A DNA stretch of 54,900 nucleotides from an uncultured virus (IMG/VR IMGVR_UViG_3300034106_001935) (IMGVR_UViG_3300034106_001935); one strand, 5' to 3'; counted from the stretch's first letter, positions 1-10,255 are shown. The notes: generated from the sequence alone by a model not told the origin. Numbers and translations are program-made.

Positions 1-1271
1 TTCAGACACCTTTCTTTATATTTTCTTTTAATGTATCTAATGAAATTAATGGTGATATTGTATGGGTATCCCCAAGCAGTTTAGGAAATATTTTTAATGG
101 GTCGTTAAGTATCAAATCTGTGGTTGCAGAATCTGATGTAGAATTGCAATATAGAATAATTTCGGGATCATTGCCACCCAACTTAGTATTATTAAGTAAC
201 GGAGAAATTACCGGGTATACTGCATTTCAGCCAACAGACGAAATTTTACCTATAGGTGCCGAAACAGAATTTACATTTACAGTAGAGGCTTATTCACCTC
301 AATATCCAGTTGTTAAATCAGAAAAAACATTTACTATTACTGTTGTTCAAGAATTTGATCAACCTACAGATACTCTATATATTAAGTGTGCTCCTGATAT
401 TCAGGACAGAAATATTTTAGAAAGTTTACTAACAAACTCTGAAATCTTCCCACCCAATGTGCTATATAGACCAAATGACCCTTATTTTGGTTTATCTACA
501 AGTGTGATTTATGAACATGCATACGGCATACATGCTAGTGATGTACAAGAATATATAGCAGCCGTTACTAGAAACCATTATGACCGCAGCATAACATTGG
601 GTGAAATTAAAACAGCTATTGCAAGAGATGAAAATGGTAGAATAATATACGAGGTCGTATATAGTGAAATTATTGATGACTTAATCAATCCTCGGGGAAT
701 AAGTATTCCTGAAGAAATTGCTTGGCCTAGAACCATCAATTTAAATTTAGGACCATGGTATACTAGCATAACAAACATTTATACCAGCTATGTTGAAATT
801 TTAGGTCAACAATTTTACACCAGTTTAACACCCGGTAGCGCAAACACATTGTATCCTAATAGTCTACCGAACATGCGTGACCGTGTTGGTCAAGAACTTG
901 GGCAAGAATTTGATAGCAGAATTTTACCATTATGGATGACTAGTCAACAAGAAAATGGTAGTACTTTAGGCTACACTCCTGCATGGGTAATTTGCTATAC
1001 TAAGCCAGGATATAGTACGACAGTTAAAACGAATATTGAAACAATGTGGTTGGATCCAATTGGCAATGCTTATCAACTCAATTTGATTAATTTTGCACTT
1101 GATAGATTTACTGTAGATAAGTCGTTAACTTACAACTACGATAACTTTGTCACACCACCGAGTTGGACAGGATTACCTAGTGGAACTCCCGTACCATCGC
1201 CCATTGATAGCAAAGATTTTTATGTATTGTTCCCCCGTAAAACTATTTTACCCGATCAGACACAATACTAA
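1..1271 (+). CDS. Virion structural protein (Ig-like repeat/baseplate-associated), 5'-truncated by the window edge
   Basis: The frame is open from position 3 to the TAA at 1269-1271. 'YRIISGSLPPNLVLLSNGEITG...FTFTVEA' resembles putative Ig/He_PIG repeats of phage structural proteins, and the next gene is tail-fibre-like. Confidence 0.55.
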   Translation, partial: QTPFFIFSFNVSNEINGDIVWVSPSSLGNIFNGSLSIKSVVAESDVELQYRIISGSLPPNLVLLSNGEITGYTAFQPTDEILPIGAETEFTFTVEAYSPQYPVVKSEKTFTITVVQEFDQPTDTLYIKCAPDIQDRNILESLLTNSEIFPPNVLYRPNDPYFGLSTSVIYEHAYGIHASDVQEYIAAVTRNHYDRSITLGEIKTAIARDENGRIIYEVVYSEIIDDLINPRGISIPEEIAWPRTINLNLGPWYTSITNIYTSYVEILGQQFYTSLTPGSANTLYPNSLPNMRDRVGQELGQEFDSRILPLWMTSQQENGSTLGYTPAWVICYTKPGYSTTVKTNIETMWLDPIGNAYQLNLINFALDRFTVDKSLTYNYDNFVTPPSWTGLPSGTPVPSPIDSKDFYVLFPRKTILPDQTQY

Positions 1272-1291
1272 ATATAATACGGAATTAAATT

Positions 1292-2581
1292 ATGAGTACA
1301 ATTAACACAAACGGAATTGATGTAAATTATCCAGTGCCCGGACAAAATAATAGTTCACAGGGCTTTAGAAATAATTTTGCCGCCATCAAAACAAATTTAG
1401 ATGCAGCAGGAAATGAAATTTCTGATTTACAGAATAAAGTAGTTCTTAAATCAGCATTGGCTAATGCTGCATTGAATAATGATATGGCCAACACACTGAT
1501 CAGTAATGCATCCACACGCAGTTTCAGAGCCACAACTTATAATTTAGGAAATAATCTTTCCGGTACAGTTTTAATAGATGCATCATTGGGTGATGTTCAA
1601 TATGGTACAGTAGCAGAAGATGTAGTAATTCAGTTCGGCGGATGGTCCCCAGTAGCTACTCAAGGTGGTATAAAATTAGAATTGGCAGTTAGCAATGCTA
1701 ATGCGTCAATCACTTTCCCAAGTGAAGTTGTTTGTACAAACAATAACTTTGGTGCTACAACCTTAGAAAATTTCACTAATACTGCTAATGCAGCCGTGAT
1801 TACTACTCCATATGGAGTCTCACAATTAAATTATCAACTTAATTCTAATGATTGCGGTGACACAATTGTTATATCACCAACAAACAGGCCTCGTATAACA
1901 ACTCAGATTCAAAATAGAACTCCTTCCCCAACAGGATTTAAGGGGGATGTAGCTGGAACTGTCGCTGTTGATGCGGACTATTTGTATGTATGCACCGGCA
2001 CATATGATGCTACCACTACATTGAAGTCCGGAGCAAATACGATTTACGGCAACGTTACCAATCATTTAACAGCTAGTGGCACTGCTAGCTCAATAACAGG
2101 AACAGTTTTAACTGTTGGTGGCACAGTAACTGGTACATTCTTAGTAGGAATGTTCTTAACTGGTACTGGTGTCACAGCCGGCACATATATTACATCATTG
2201 GGTTCAGGTTCAGGTGGTGCAGGAACATATAACATCAGCACAAGCCAAACAGTAGGTTCAACTACAATCACAGGTACCGCTGATTTAATTCAATTAGATA
2301 ATACAACTAGTTTAAGTGTCAACGATCCTATTATCTTTACCGGAGATGCATTTACATCTAATGCTTTTGGAAACATTACCCAAAATCAAGTTTATTATGT
2401 TAAAACTTTGAATACGCCAGTATCGGGTGTTATTTCTATAAGTGATACTAGAACAGCAGGCGTAGCCGGAAATGTAGTTACTCTAACTAATGAGAATTAT
2501 CCAAATGCAAACGTTGCTATAACTGCAACTGCGTACAACGGCACAGATATCTGGAAAAGAATTAGCTTAAGTTCTTGGTAA
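1292..2581 (+). CDS. Tail fibre/baseplate-associated structural protein
   Basis: 429 aa, rich in T/G/N/S. It has an N-terminal 'YPVPGQNNSSQGFRNNF' plus coiled segment, a T/G beta-repeat module and a C-terminal 'WKRISLSSW'. TAAATA lies at 1269-1274. Confidence 0.6.
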   Translation: MSTINTNGIDVNYPVPGQNNSSQGFRNNFAAIKTNLDAAGNEISDLQNKVVLKSALANAALNNDMANTLISNASTRSFRATTYNLGNNLSGTVLIDASLGDVQYGTVAEDVVIQFGGWSPVATQGGIKLELAVSNANASITFPSEVVCTNNNFGATTLENFTNTANAAVITTPYGVSQLNYQLNSNDCGDTIVISPTNRPRITTQIQNRTPSPTGFKGDVAGTVAVDADYLYVCTGTYDATTTLKSGANTIYGNVTNHLTASGTASSITGTVLTVGGTVTGTFLVGMFLTGTGVTAGTYITSLGSGSGGAGTYNISTSQTVGSTTITGTADLIQLDNTTSLSVNDPIIFTGDAFTSNAFGNITQNQVYYVKTLNTPVSGVISISDTRTAGVAGNVVTLTNENYPNANVAITATAYNGTDIWKRISLSSW

Positions 2582-2593
2582 TAAATATTTAGG

Positions 2594-2830
2594 ATGCAAC
2601 ATCCTTTTGTACATAGTTTAGACGATAAATCGTTAGAAGAACTTCAAGAAACCATTGGTCAGCTTACGGGTAAATTGACTTTTGCCTATAGGACAGCCAA
2701 TGGTCCTCTTATTCATCAACTGAATATGGTTTTAGAAAGCTATAAAACCGAATACAACAAAAAAATGGATGCGTTGATTAAAAAGCAAAACATTCAAACC
2801 AAAATCAATATTGAAAAAGACAACAAATGA
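2594..2830 (+). CDS. Hypothetical protein
   Basis: 78-aa ORF, with TAAATA (2582-2587) 6 nt before the ATG. Confidence 0.6.
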   Translation: MQHPFVHSLDDKSLEELQETIGQLTGKLTFAYRTANGPLIHQLNMVLESYKTEYNKKMDALIKKQNIQTKINIEKDNK

Positions 2831-3435
2831 CAGCTTTAGTATCTAAAAAATTCTCTTTTAATTCTGCCATTCATTTTGAAAACACATTTATAATCAATAC
2901 TTATGATATTGACTTGTTGATGGAAGTATACACTGAAGAAATGGAAGAACAAACAATTAGTTTGGAACGCATTAAATTTATATTTGATGAATGTTTTGAA
3001 AATGTGTTGTTTATATCTTTGCATGAGGATAAATCTATAATTGAGAATTATATAAAAGCAGGCTTAAAAATATCAACATTGCCTGAGGATCCATATGATC
3101 AAGTTGTTGCATGTGTTCTAATGAAAAAAATTGATAGCATCTGTGAAGATAGATTAAAGGTTAAAAATATCACTATCCTTAGTAAAATTTGTGAGGGGGT
3201 AGAATTTCATATCTCAGCAGAAGAAGAATCAGACATATTTTATATGACCGATTCTTGGTGGTTCTCTACGAAACCCATTGTTAGTGATTGGGTAAAGAAA
3301 ACTACCAAAAAGGAAAAAATTGTCCATTTAAACAAAACAGATGTAGATTGGCATGACATTGGATTGAATTGGCCAGGGAAACCCAAAAAGAATAAAAATC
3401 AAGATGTGGTCATACTGAGTTTGGATAAAGAATAG
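2827..3435 (+). CDS. Hypothetical protein
   Basis: 202-aa ORF with an ATGA overlap with the upstream gene. Confidence 0.6.
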   Translation: MTALVSKKFSFNSAIHFENTFIINTYDIDLLMEVYTEEMEEQTISLERIKFIFDECFENVLFISLHEDKSIIENYIKAGLKISTLPEDPYDQVVACVLMKKIDSICEDRLKVKNITILSKICEGVEFHISAEEESDIFYMTDSWWFSTKPIVSDWVKKTTKKEKIVHLNKTDVDWHDIGLNWPGKPKKNKNQDVVILSLDKE

Positions 3436-3465
3436 TTGACACCAGTAGTTGGTATGCTTTATAAT
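3436..3465 (+). promoter_or_regulatory. Sigma70-type promoter
   Basis: TTGACA (3436-3441), an 18-nt spacer, then TATAAT (3460-3465). The ATG follows 6 nt later. Confidence 0.65.
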
Positions 3466-3471
3466 ATCTAA

Positions 3472-3978
3472 ATGCGCCAAGATATTTATGGTCAGAAGAT
3501 TTATTCTGAAACAGACTTATGTGAATTCTATCTAAAGAATCCTGAAATCTCTTTGTCTAAAGTTTTGACTGACAAGGAAATTTTATTTGACGAATCTTTA
3601 GATTTGTCAGACATTCCCCAAATTGAACAATACATCCCAACTAACTTGTCTGTTGAGGATTTTGATTTGGGACTACAAAGACAGTGGCTCATGCCCGAAC
3701 AGTATAAACAACTGGATATAGCCAAATATGTTTTAGATTTGTGTACTACGGAAGTTGAATTGCAACGGGTGGGTCAAGAACTTTTGTTGTATCAAGAACG
3801 GGATATGTTTGACCTACTAAGGTATCTTAAATTTTTAGTAGACACGATGCGACAACATAATATTGTTTGGGGAGTAGGACGAGGTAGTAGCGTAGCAAGT
3901 TATGTTTTGTATCTCTTGGGAGTACACAAAATCAATTCAATATTCTATGATTTGTCAATTGACGAGTTTTTGAAGTAA
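3472..3978 (+). CDS. Stand-alone fragment of a DNA polymerase III alpha (DnaE)-like protein
   Basis: The C-terminus 'VWGVGRGSSVASYVLYLLGVHKINSIFYDLSIDEFLK' matches the DnaE 'GRGSxxGSxVAYxLGIT..DP..Y.L.FERFL' motif. The protein is only 168 aa. Confidence 0.75.
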   Translation: MRQDIYGQKIYSETDLCEFYLKNPEISLSKVLTDKEILFDESLDLSDIPQIEQYIPTNLSVEDFDLGLQRQWLMPEQYKQLDIAKYVLDLCTTEVELQRVGQELLLYQERDMFDLLRYLKFLVDTMRQHNIVWGVGRGSSVASYVLYLLGVHKINSIFYDLSIDEFLK

Positions 3979-4000
3979 ATACATTTTTAAGGAGATTATT

Positions 4001-4378
4001 ATGGTTATTCGCAGAACAGCATTGGGTAAACCTTTTGATATGTCGGCACTGGTTACAAAAAATGACAAAACTAGGGCTGTTGGAAATATGAAGGTTAACG
4101 CCCGCGGAGACACGATTGATAGTAATGGCAGAATCATTCAGCCCGTTACTTCAAAGGTTAACAAAAACTATTCTAAGACTGTGGGTAATAGAACAGCTAA
4201 TCCAGTTAGAGCAGTCGCCGATAAAATTCAACCTGAACCAATCCAGGAACAGATTGTGTTAGCTGAACTACCCAAAGAAGAAGAATTAACCCAAGAAGAA
4301 ATAGAACTTATTGCTGAAATGGAAGATGATTTTGAAGTAGAAGAAATCAAAAAGGCCAGCAATAAAGAGGAAGAGTAA
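4001..4378 (+). CDS. Hypothetical protein with acidic C-terminus
   Basis: 125-aa ORF with an AAGGAG RBS and TAAATA at 3976-3981. Confidence 0.65.
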   Translation: MVIRRTALGKPFDMSALVTKNDKTRAVGNMKVNARGDTIDSNGRIIQPVTSKVNKNYSKTVGNRTANPVRAVADKIQPEPIQEQIVLAELPKEEELTQEEIELIAEMEDDFEVEEIKKASNKEEE

Positions 4379-4746
4379 TGGAAGATAAAAAGTTAGCCTA
4401 CGCAGCGCACAAAATCAAAAAGTTGTATCCATTAAATGATACTATCATTGTATCTGATATGACATTTGATGAACGTATTAGTAATGGTGGCATCGTATTG
4501 TTAAATGATGATATGAAAAGTTCGGGCATTCGTCCAAGATGGGCAAAGGTATATGCTATTGGACCCGAACAAAAGGACATACAGGTTGGGCAATATATCC
4601 TAATCAGTCACGGTCGTTGGACAAGAGGGATTAAAATAGAAGATGACGAGGGTGAAAAAGTTATCCGTAAAGTTGATAACAATGAAGTACTCATGGTGAG
4701 TGATGAACCCGTCAATGATCATACAATGAGTGATAAGGTATATTAA
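4378..4746 (+). CDS. groES: Co-chaperonin GroES-like protein
   Basis: 'LYPLNDTIIV...SNGGIVL...AKVYAIGPE..IQVGQYIL' follows the Cpn10 pattern. Confidence 0.8.
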   Translation: MEDKKLAYAAHKIKKLYPLNDTIIVSDMTFDERISNGGIVLLNDDMKSSGIRPRWAKVYAIGPEQKDIQVGQYILISHGRWTRGIKIEDDEGEKVIRKVDNNEVLMVSDEPVNDHTMSDKVY

Positions 4747-4747
4747 A

Positions 4748-5383
4748 ATGGCAACTTGGAAAGTAGAACCAACCTGGAAGAAGTCAGTAGTTGAACGCAA
4801 CTACTTGACCAAAGATGACAATACTATTATGGTTGAAACAGGTTGGCGCTGGGGTGAATTTTATGTTTACACTGACGACGATAATCCTCCCAAAATTGAA
4901 GCAGGGGTAGATATCTATAACTGCGGATATGAAAGCGAACTAATTGAAACTACCGACGGTTGTTGGGAAGACCATGATCTGGATGATTGTGACGAAGAAA
5001 CACAAGAATGGCTTGAAGAATTCTTTGATGAAGGTAACAGTTGGTTAGACCTTGAATGTGATCATGGCTGGACGCAAGATGAATGTGAAATGATCATTGA
5101 TTGTGATTTAGAAATCACAAGAATCAATGATGATGGCACAGAAGGTGAAAGTTTCACAACAGGCGAACACGAAGAAACTACAGAAATTAGTTCAGTTGAA
5201 TTAAAGCCCGGTGCCGCTTGGCCTTTTGAGAATGCTACCGAACCTGCAGAATACGCACAATTCAAATGTGAAAGTTGCGATTTTGTAACTGACGATATTA
5301 TGGAGTTAGTTGAGAATCCTGACGAAGATAGTGAGGGTGCTTTTGTATGCCCTAAGTGCGGAGGAAAGGTAAATTTACAATGA
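4748..5383 (+). CDS. Acidic hypothetical protein with C-terminal Zn ribbon
   Basis: Very D/E/W/C-rich, with C-terminal CESC...CPKC. The start was taken at the ATG at 4748. Confidence 0.6.
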   Translation: MATWKVEPTWKKSVVERNYLTKDDNTIMVETGWRWGEFYVYTDDDNPPKIEAGVDIYNCGYESELIETTDGCWEDHDLDDCDEETQEWLEEFFDEGNSWLDLECDHGWTQDECEMIIDCDLEITRINDDGTEGESFTTGEHEETTEISSVELKPGAAWPFENATEPAEYAQFKCESCDFVTDDIMELVENPDEDSEGAFVCPKCGGKVNLQ

Positions 5384-5670
5384 GTTTTTTTAAAAAATGG
5401 TTTGCTAAAATGTGTCGTGAGGCATGGGAAGATGCTAATCAACTAGAGAAAGATATATCACCCAGGTTAGCAACCGTATCAGAACGGTCACTGAATACTC
5501 ACGGCATGAATTTTAGTGTTTATCGTGCTGACGGTGGATTCGTTATTGAAACTCGCCAATATGACAGAAAGCGCGATGAAAATAACATGAATCTACATAT
5601 TATTACTGATGATAAGGACCTTGGTTCTGAAATTGGAAAAATTATTACATATCAAAATTTAAGGAGTTAA
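5380..5670 (+). CDS. Hypothetical protein
   Basis: The ATG at 5380 overlaps the upstream TGA (ATGA). Confidence 0.6.
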   Translation: MSFFKKWFAKMCREAWEDANQLEKDISPRLATVSERSLNTHGMNFSVYRADGGFVIETRQYDRKRDENNMNLHIITDDKDLGSEIGKIITYQNLRS

Positions 5671-5673
5671 ACT

Positions 5674-6363
5674 ATGTTTTACACTGAAGCTATTCCAGCA
5701 TATAGAAATGCTGAACAAATCAACACAGCGATGGCAAGAGTATATCAACACATGAGCCTTGCTGTTCTTGTAAGTATGTTTGTAAGTTATTTTGTTGGAA
5801 CTACTCCAGCATTGCTAGAATTTTTCTTTACAGGTTGGCTAAAGTGGGTTGTTATTTTTCTACCACTGGTTGCAATATTTGGTATCTCAGCAGCACTTAA
5901 CGCTAATCCTCCAAAATCAATAGCACAACTAATGCTATACGGTTTTGCGGCATTGATGGGACTTAGCTTTGCTACAATCTTTGCTGTATATCAAATGGGT
6001 AGCATCTTTACAGCATTTATGGGTGCTGCCGTATTATTTGGAGTCATGAGTTTATATGGGTACTTTACTAAGAGCAACCTTGATAGTCTTGGCAAGTTTA
6101 TGTTTGTTGGTCTCATTGCCATTATTATTGCCTCTATCATTAATATTTTCATTGGTAGTACTGTGGGTGCTATGGTTATTAGTGCTTTGGCTATTATTAT
6201 CTTTTTGGGACTAACAGCATATGACACCCAAAAGATTCGTGAAATGGTCAGTTATGATACTGATACGGGTGCAGCGGAAGTGTCAGGGGCATTGACATTG
6301 TACCTAGATTTCATTAATATCTTCTTGTCGTTACTACAACTTTTTGGTGAAAAGAAAGAATGA
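5674..6363 (+). CDS. Bax inhibitor-1/YccA family membrane protein
   Basis: About 7 hydrophobic segments, with 'TAYDTQKI' and 'ALTLYLDFINIFLSLL' typical of the BI-1 family. AAGGAG RBS. Confidence 0.9.
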   Translation: MFYTEAIPAYRNAEQINTAMARVYQHMSLAVLVSMFVSYFVGTTPALLEFFFTGWLKWVVIFLPLVAIFGISAALNANPPKSIAQLMLYGFAALMGLSFATIFAVYQMGSIFTAFMGAAVLFGVMSLYGYFTKSNLDSLGKFMFVGLIAIIIASIINIFIGSTVGAMVISALAIIIFLGLTAYDTQKIREMVSYDTDTGAAEVSGALTLYLDFINIFLSLLQLFGEKKE

Positions 6364-7283
6364 AGAATCAACTTTGGGTAGAGAAATATCGTCCTGGTAC
6401 AGTAGATGAGTATGTTTTTGTTGATGATCGGCAAAGACAACAAGTAAAACAATGGATTACTGACGAAAGTATTCCGCATCTACTGTTCAGTGGTGATCCG
6501 GGTACAGGTAAAACTACACTGGCTAAAGTTCTTATAAACGAACTTGGTGTAGAAGATTTTGATGTACTTGAAATCAACGCAAGCCGTGAAAACGGTATTG
6601 ATATGTTGCGTGAAAAGATCAATGGCTTTGTTCAAACAATGCCCTTTGGTAAGTTTAAAGTCGTATTACTAGATGAGGCTGACTATCTAACTCAACCAAG
6701 TCAGGCAGCATTGCGTAATGATATGGAAGCATATCATATGACTGTTAGATATATTCTAACTTGTAACTATGCACACAAGATTATTCCTGCGTTGAAGTCA
6801 CGCTGTCACGAATTCCATATTGCTAAAACGGACATGACAGAATTCACAGCAAGAGCAGCCACTGTTCTTGTAACTGAAAATGTTGAGTTTGATTTAGATA
6901 CATTGGATACTTATGTGCGAGGAACTTATCCAGATTTACGCAAATGCTTGAATCAACTTCAAGTCAATAGCAACAGTGGTAAGCTTCTACCCTCACAAAG
7001 TCAGGGTGCTAGTGAACATGAATTGTTGATTGAAGCGACTCAATTATTCAAGGCTGGAAAAATTCTTGAAGGAAGACAACGACTGATGCAATATATTAGT
7101 CTGCATCCTACACGAATTGAAGATACTTATAAATGGATGTATGATAATATTGATCTTTGGGGTAGTACACAAGAAAAGAAAGACGAAAGTATCATTATTA
7201 TAAGGAACGGTCTTGCCAATCTTCCACTAGTAGGAATTCCCGAAATCAGTTTGGCAGCAACATTAGCAGAACTAACATCATGA
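6360..7283 (+). CDS. Clamp loader subunit (RFC small subunit/T4 gp44-like AAA+)
   Basis: 'LWVEKYRP', Walker A 'GDPGTGKTT', Walker B 'LLDEAD' and the 'SRC' motif. Confidence 0.92.
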   Translation: MKNQLWVEKYRPGTVDEYVFVDDRQRQQVKQWITDESIPHLLFSGDPGTGKTTLAKVLINELGVEDFDVLEINASRENGIDMLREKINGFVQTMPFGKFKVVLLDEADYLTQPSQAALRNDMEAYHMTVRYILTCNYAHKIIPALKSRCHEFHIAKTDMTEFTARAATVLVTENVEFDLDTLDTYVRGTYPDLRKCLNQLQVNSNSGKLLPSQSQGASEHELLIEATQLFKAGKILEGRQRLMQYISLHPTRIEDTYKWMYDNIDLWGSTQEKKDESIIIIRNGLANLPLVGIPEISLAATLAELTS

Positions 7284-7546
7284 GATATTTACTTATAACT
7301 TTTATTAGAAAGCCCGGTGGGCAGATTGACGAACAGGTTGTAGTTTCAAAACGGATCAAGCCAGCCGATCTACAAACATGTAATGTTATTATGGATTTCG
7401 TTTCAAAAACAGTCAATAAATGTGTTATTGAAGGTAAGATTGTAGATACTGATTGGGAAAAGATGCAGGAATATTATAAGAAAATTTATCCCAATCTAGT
7501 TGAGCAACTAGAAAAAGAAGCAACTATTACTTCAAAAGCCGAATAA
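7280..7546 (+). CDS. Hypothetical protein
   Basis: 88-aa ORF with an ATGA overlap. Confidence 0.6.
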   Translation: MRYLLITFIRKPGGQIDEQVVVSKRIKPADLQTCNVIMDFVSKTVNKCVIEGKIVDTDWEKMQEYYKKIYPNLVEQLEKEATITSKAE

Positions 7547-7570
7547 AAATGGGGCCTAAGCCCCATTTTT
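7545..7570. terminator. Bidirectional intrinsic terminator
   Basis: AAAAATGGGGC-CTAA-GCCCCATTTTT is a perfect 11-bp stem between convergent genes. Confidence 0.85.
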
Positions 7571-8348
7571 AAGAGTATAGTTTCAACACATGTTCTATGA
7601 TTTTGTGTCGCTGTACATCACGGATATCAAATTTACACGAAGTTAATCCTGGAACTTTGGATTCTTGTAATCTATCTACAAGGTCTTGTAAACCATTTTG
7701 AGTAGATTTTCGGTCAGTCTGTTCAACATCACCTGTAATTACAATTTTGCTTCCTACTCCTATTCTTGTCATAATCATTTTTAATTGACTTGGAGTAGCG
7801 TTTTGAGCCTCATCTAATATTACCCAGCTATTTTTGAAATTTCTGCCTCTGCAAAATGCTAGGGGTGCTATTTCTATAATTTGTTCTTCTAGCATTTGTT
7901 GTATTTCTTTAACCGAATAATATTCTCTGAGTACATCAAGTAATGGACGAGTCCATGGTTCCATCTTTTGATTTAAATCGCCGGGTAAGAATCCATGTTT
8001 TTCATCGTCTACACCTACTGCAGGTCTAGTTAAAATGATTGAACTGCATTCACCAGAGCGCATTGCTTTGATGGCTGCAACCATTGCCAAATAAGTTTTA
8101 CCCGTGCCCGCTGGCCCCGATACTACTACAATGTCGGTTTCATTGTCAAGTAGCGAAAGTATATACTTTTCTTGATTTAGGGTTTTGGGGATTAGGTCAA
8201 CTGGTTTTCGTACTTTAACCTTTAGTTGTCCCTTATTGAAGTCAATAGTTTTAGACTCTTTCATGTAGAATGTTTGATCTGATTGTTTTGAATGTGAGCG
8301 TGTATCTTGGATATTATTGCGTAATGCACTAGTTTTTCTTTTGCTCAA
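7569..8348 (-). CDS. phoH: PhoH family ATPase
   Basis: 'GPAGTGKTY', 'GFLPGDL', 'RGRNF', 'DEAQN' and 'TGDVEQTDR'. The probable start is the TTG at 8348, after an AAGGAG RBS. Confidence 0.92.
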   Translation of the reverse strand: MSKRKTSALRNNIQDTRSHSKQSDQTFYMKESKTIDFNKGQLKVKVRKPVDLIPKTLNQEKYILSLLDNETDIVVVSGPAGTGKTYLAMVAAIKAMRSGECSSIILTRPAVGVDDEKHGFLPGDLNQKMEPWTRPLLDVLREYYSVKEIQQMLEEQIIEIAPLAFCRGRNFKNSWVILDEAQNATPSQLKMIMTRIGVGSKIVITGDVEQTDRKSTQNGLQDLVDRLQESKVPGLTSCKFDIRDVQRHKIIEHVLKLYS

Positions 8349-8515
8349 GTTTTTCTCCTTTTTAAGAGCAGTAAATGTTGCAACATTCAATGTTATTTAA
8401 AAAGGTCATGCATACTGTAAAATGTGCATGTTTTTACACAAATTCCTAGATAAATATTAGGCTAAGGGTAAAAATTTCAATCTTTCAATTTCTTTTATAT
8501 CTTGATAAATACAAG

Positions 8516-9091
8516 ATGAAACATAAATCCGCAGACAACTTCTTTGACGACATTGACTTTGTAAGTATTATAAGCACAGTTAAAGGTATCATGACCAGCG
8601 ATGGTTCTATGTCTACCTTATTGGACTACGAACGAGTATTAGACGAAGCCGATTTATATGCTTTTAAAAATTGGCAGCTAGGTGAATTAGTACAAGGGCC
8701 TAATATTGGTAGATACACAGTTTCTTGTGTATTCATGTGGCCATACAAACTTATGCCCGATCCAAGTGCAATCAAAAGATTAGCTGCTTTGGGATGTGAT
8801 GTATCTTTTGGCAAAAGTGAAATTAAAGTACCTATTGAAGTCAAAGATTACGATGACTTTGAGCCCGGAACTCGCTATCCTAAGTGGAAAGAACGAAAAG
8901 TTTGGTTTGTTAAAATTACAATACCAAAAGACTTAATGAACGATATCAAAGAAGGATACATAGATTTATCTGATCAGACCGTAGATTTAGAAGAAATTGA
9001 AAATGCATACGAAGAAGATTTAGATAAAGAAAATATTGACCAAAGTGAAAACACTGAAAATCAAGAATCAAATCAAGAAGCTACAAAATAA
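8516..9091 (+). CDS. Hypothetical late protein
   Basis: 191-aa ORF, with TAAATA at 8506-8511, 4 nt before the ATG. Confidence 0.65.
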   Translation: MKHKSADNFFDDIDFVSIISTVKGIMTSDGSMSTLLDYERVLDEADLYAFKNWQLGELVQGPNIGRYTVSCVFMWPYKLMPDPSAIKRLAALGCDVSFGKSEIKVPIEVKDYDDFEPGTRYPKWKERKVWFVKITIPKDLMNDIKEGYIDLSDQTVDLEEIENAYEEDLDKENIDQSENTENQESNQEATK

Positions 9092-9093
9092 TC

Positions 9094-9645
9094 ATGAAAG
9101 ATAGAATTTTTATTACTGAAGGCTTAGATTTTCACGATATGGAAAATCAAGTTTTTCCTACCGTTACAGTAGATGAGTATGCGGCTAAAATGGGTGAAGA
9201 TAAAGACATAGTTACTTTAGCTTTCACAGTAAAATCCGAACAAGTAGGAAATGATTTAGTTGATTGGTTTGAAAGAGGTTATGACTGGGTTTTAGATGCT
9301 AGTTTAAGTGACAGTGAGATTGACATTGGAAAATACTTAGTATTTGTTGAATTAAGCAGAAGATCAACTGTACCTGGTCGCATCGTAGAATTACTTTCAG
9401 ACCTAAAAACTTTGACAGGATTAAAATTAACTGAGTGGACTGTACAAGTTGATGATGAGGATTATGATGCTGATGAACATGTATTGCGTCAGGTAATTAT
9501 TACAAATCCAAATGTTTATAAAAAAGAAAAAGAAAACGAAGAAGAATTAAATGAGATGAGAGAAATTGCTGGACTTGCAACTAAACCAACTCAAGAAGCA
9601 CAAGACCAAGAAATCAAAAATTTAAAAGCAATAGCAGGGATGTAA
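9094..9645 (+). CDS. Hypothetical protein
   Basis: 183-aa ORF, with N-terminus MKDRIFITE and C-terminal 'xxLAGL/AIAGM' repeats. Confidence 0.65.
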   Translation: MKDRIFITEGLDFHDMENQVFPTVTVDEYAAKMGEDKDIVTLAFTVKSEQVGNDLVDWFERGYDWVLDASLSDSEIDIGKYLVFVELSRRSTVPGRIVELLSDLKTLTGLKLTEWTVQVDDEDYDADEHVLRQVIITNPNVYKKEKENEEELNEMREIAGLATKPTQEAQDQEIKNLKAIAGM

Positions 9646-9647
9646 AC

Positions 9648-10217
9648 ATGGCTACGACAATTTTACCTAAAAAAGCAGGATTTGAAAATCCAATAGCAAC
9701 GGATGACAATCATCACGCGCAACTTGCCGCAGATCCAACAATACAACAATTTCCTCAAGGCAGTTCTTTTGGAACAACAAGTGTATCCAATTCATTTGGT
9801 GCACCATCCGCAGGAGGCTTCGGTTCGTCTTCAAATTCCGGGTTCGGGGGAACAACCAATATCGGAACACAAATAAATCAAGCCCCTCAGCAGCAAATGA
9901 ATTTAACACAAGCAGGTAGCAATGCTGCTCAAGGTGCTGATGTATTGGTTGCACATGATAAAGAATCTACTGATTGGATCAATAAGAAATGGCGTCCTGC
10001 AATGGGATGGCTATATATGTTAACTTGCTTCTTTGACTTTGTAATTTTTCCAGTATTATGGTCTGTATTACAAGCAATGAGTAAAGGTCAAGTTACTAGT
10101 CAGTGGCAGCCCTTGACATTGCAAGGTGCTGGACTATACCATATTGCTATGGGTGCTGTTCTTGGTATCGCTGCATATGGTCGCACAAAAGAAAAAATTG
10201 AAGGTGCAGCAAAATAA
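9648..10217 (+). CDS. Holin-like membrane protein (GTA/3TM holin family)
   Basis: A low-complexity N-terminus followed by 'KWRPAMGWLY' and two hydrophobic helices, ending 'LGIAAYGRTKEK'. Confidence 0.65.
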   Translation: MATTILPKKAGFENPIATDDNHHAQLAADPTIQQFPQGSSFGTTSVSNSFGAPSAGGFGSSSNSGFGGTTNIGTQINQAPQQQMNLTQAGSNAAQGADVLVAHDKESTDWINKKWRPAMGWLYMLTCFFDFVIFPVLWSVLQAMSKGQVTSQWQPLTLQGAGLYHIAMGAVLGIAAYGRTKEKIEGAAK

Positions 10218-10220
10218 ATA

Positions 10221-10249
10221 TTGACATTGCACTAAGTTAGTGTTATAAT
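10221..10249 (+). promoter_or_regulatory. Sigma70-type promoter (extended -10)
   Basis: TTGACA-N17-TATAAT with TG upstream of the -10. The ATG follows 6 nt later with no SD. Confidence 0.8.
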
Positions 10250-10255
10250 CAATAT

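Noticed and set aside
2060..2280. Thr/Gly-rich stretch in the tail-fibre-like gene as a DNA repeat or diversity-generating element
   Set aside because: The low complexity is at the protein level only. No template/variable repeat pair or reverse transcriptase is present in the window.
3472..4378. Frameshifted or stop-recoded full-length dnaE
   Set aside because: The downstream sequence is a separate ORF with its own promoter and SD and no DnaE motifs.
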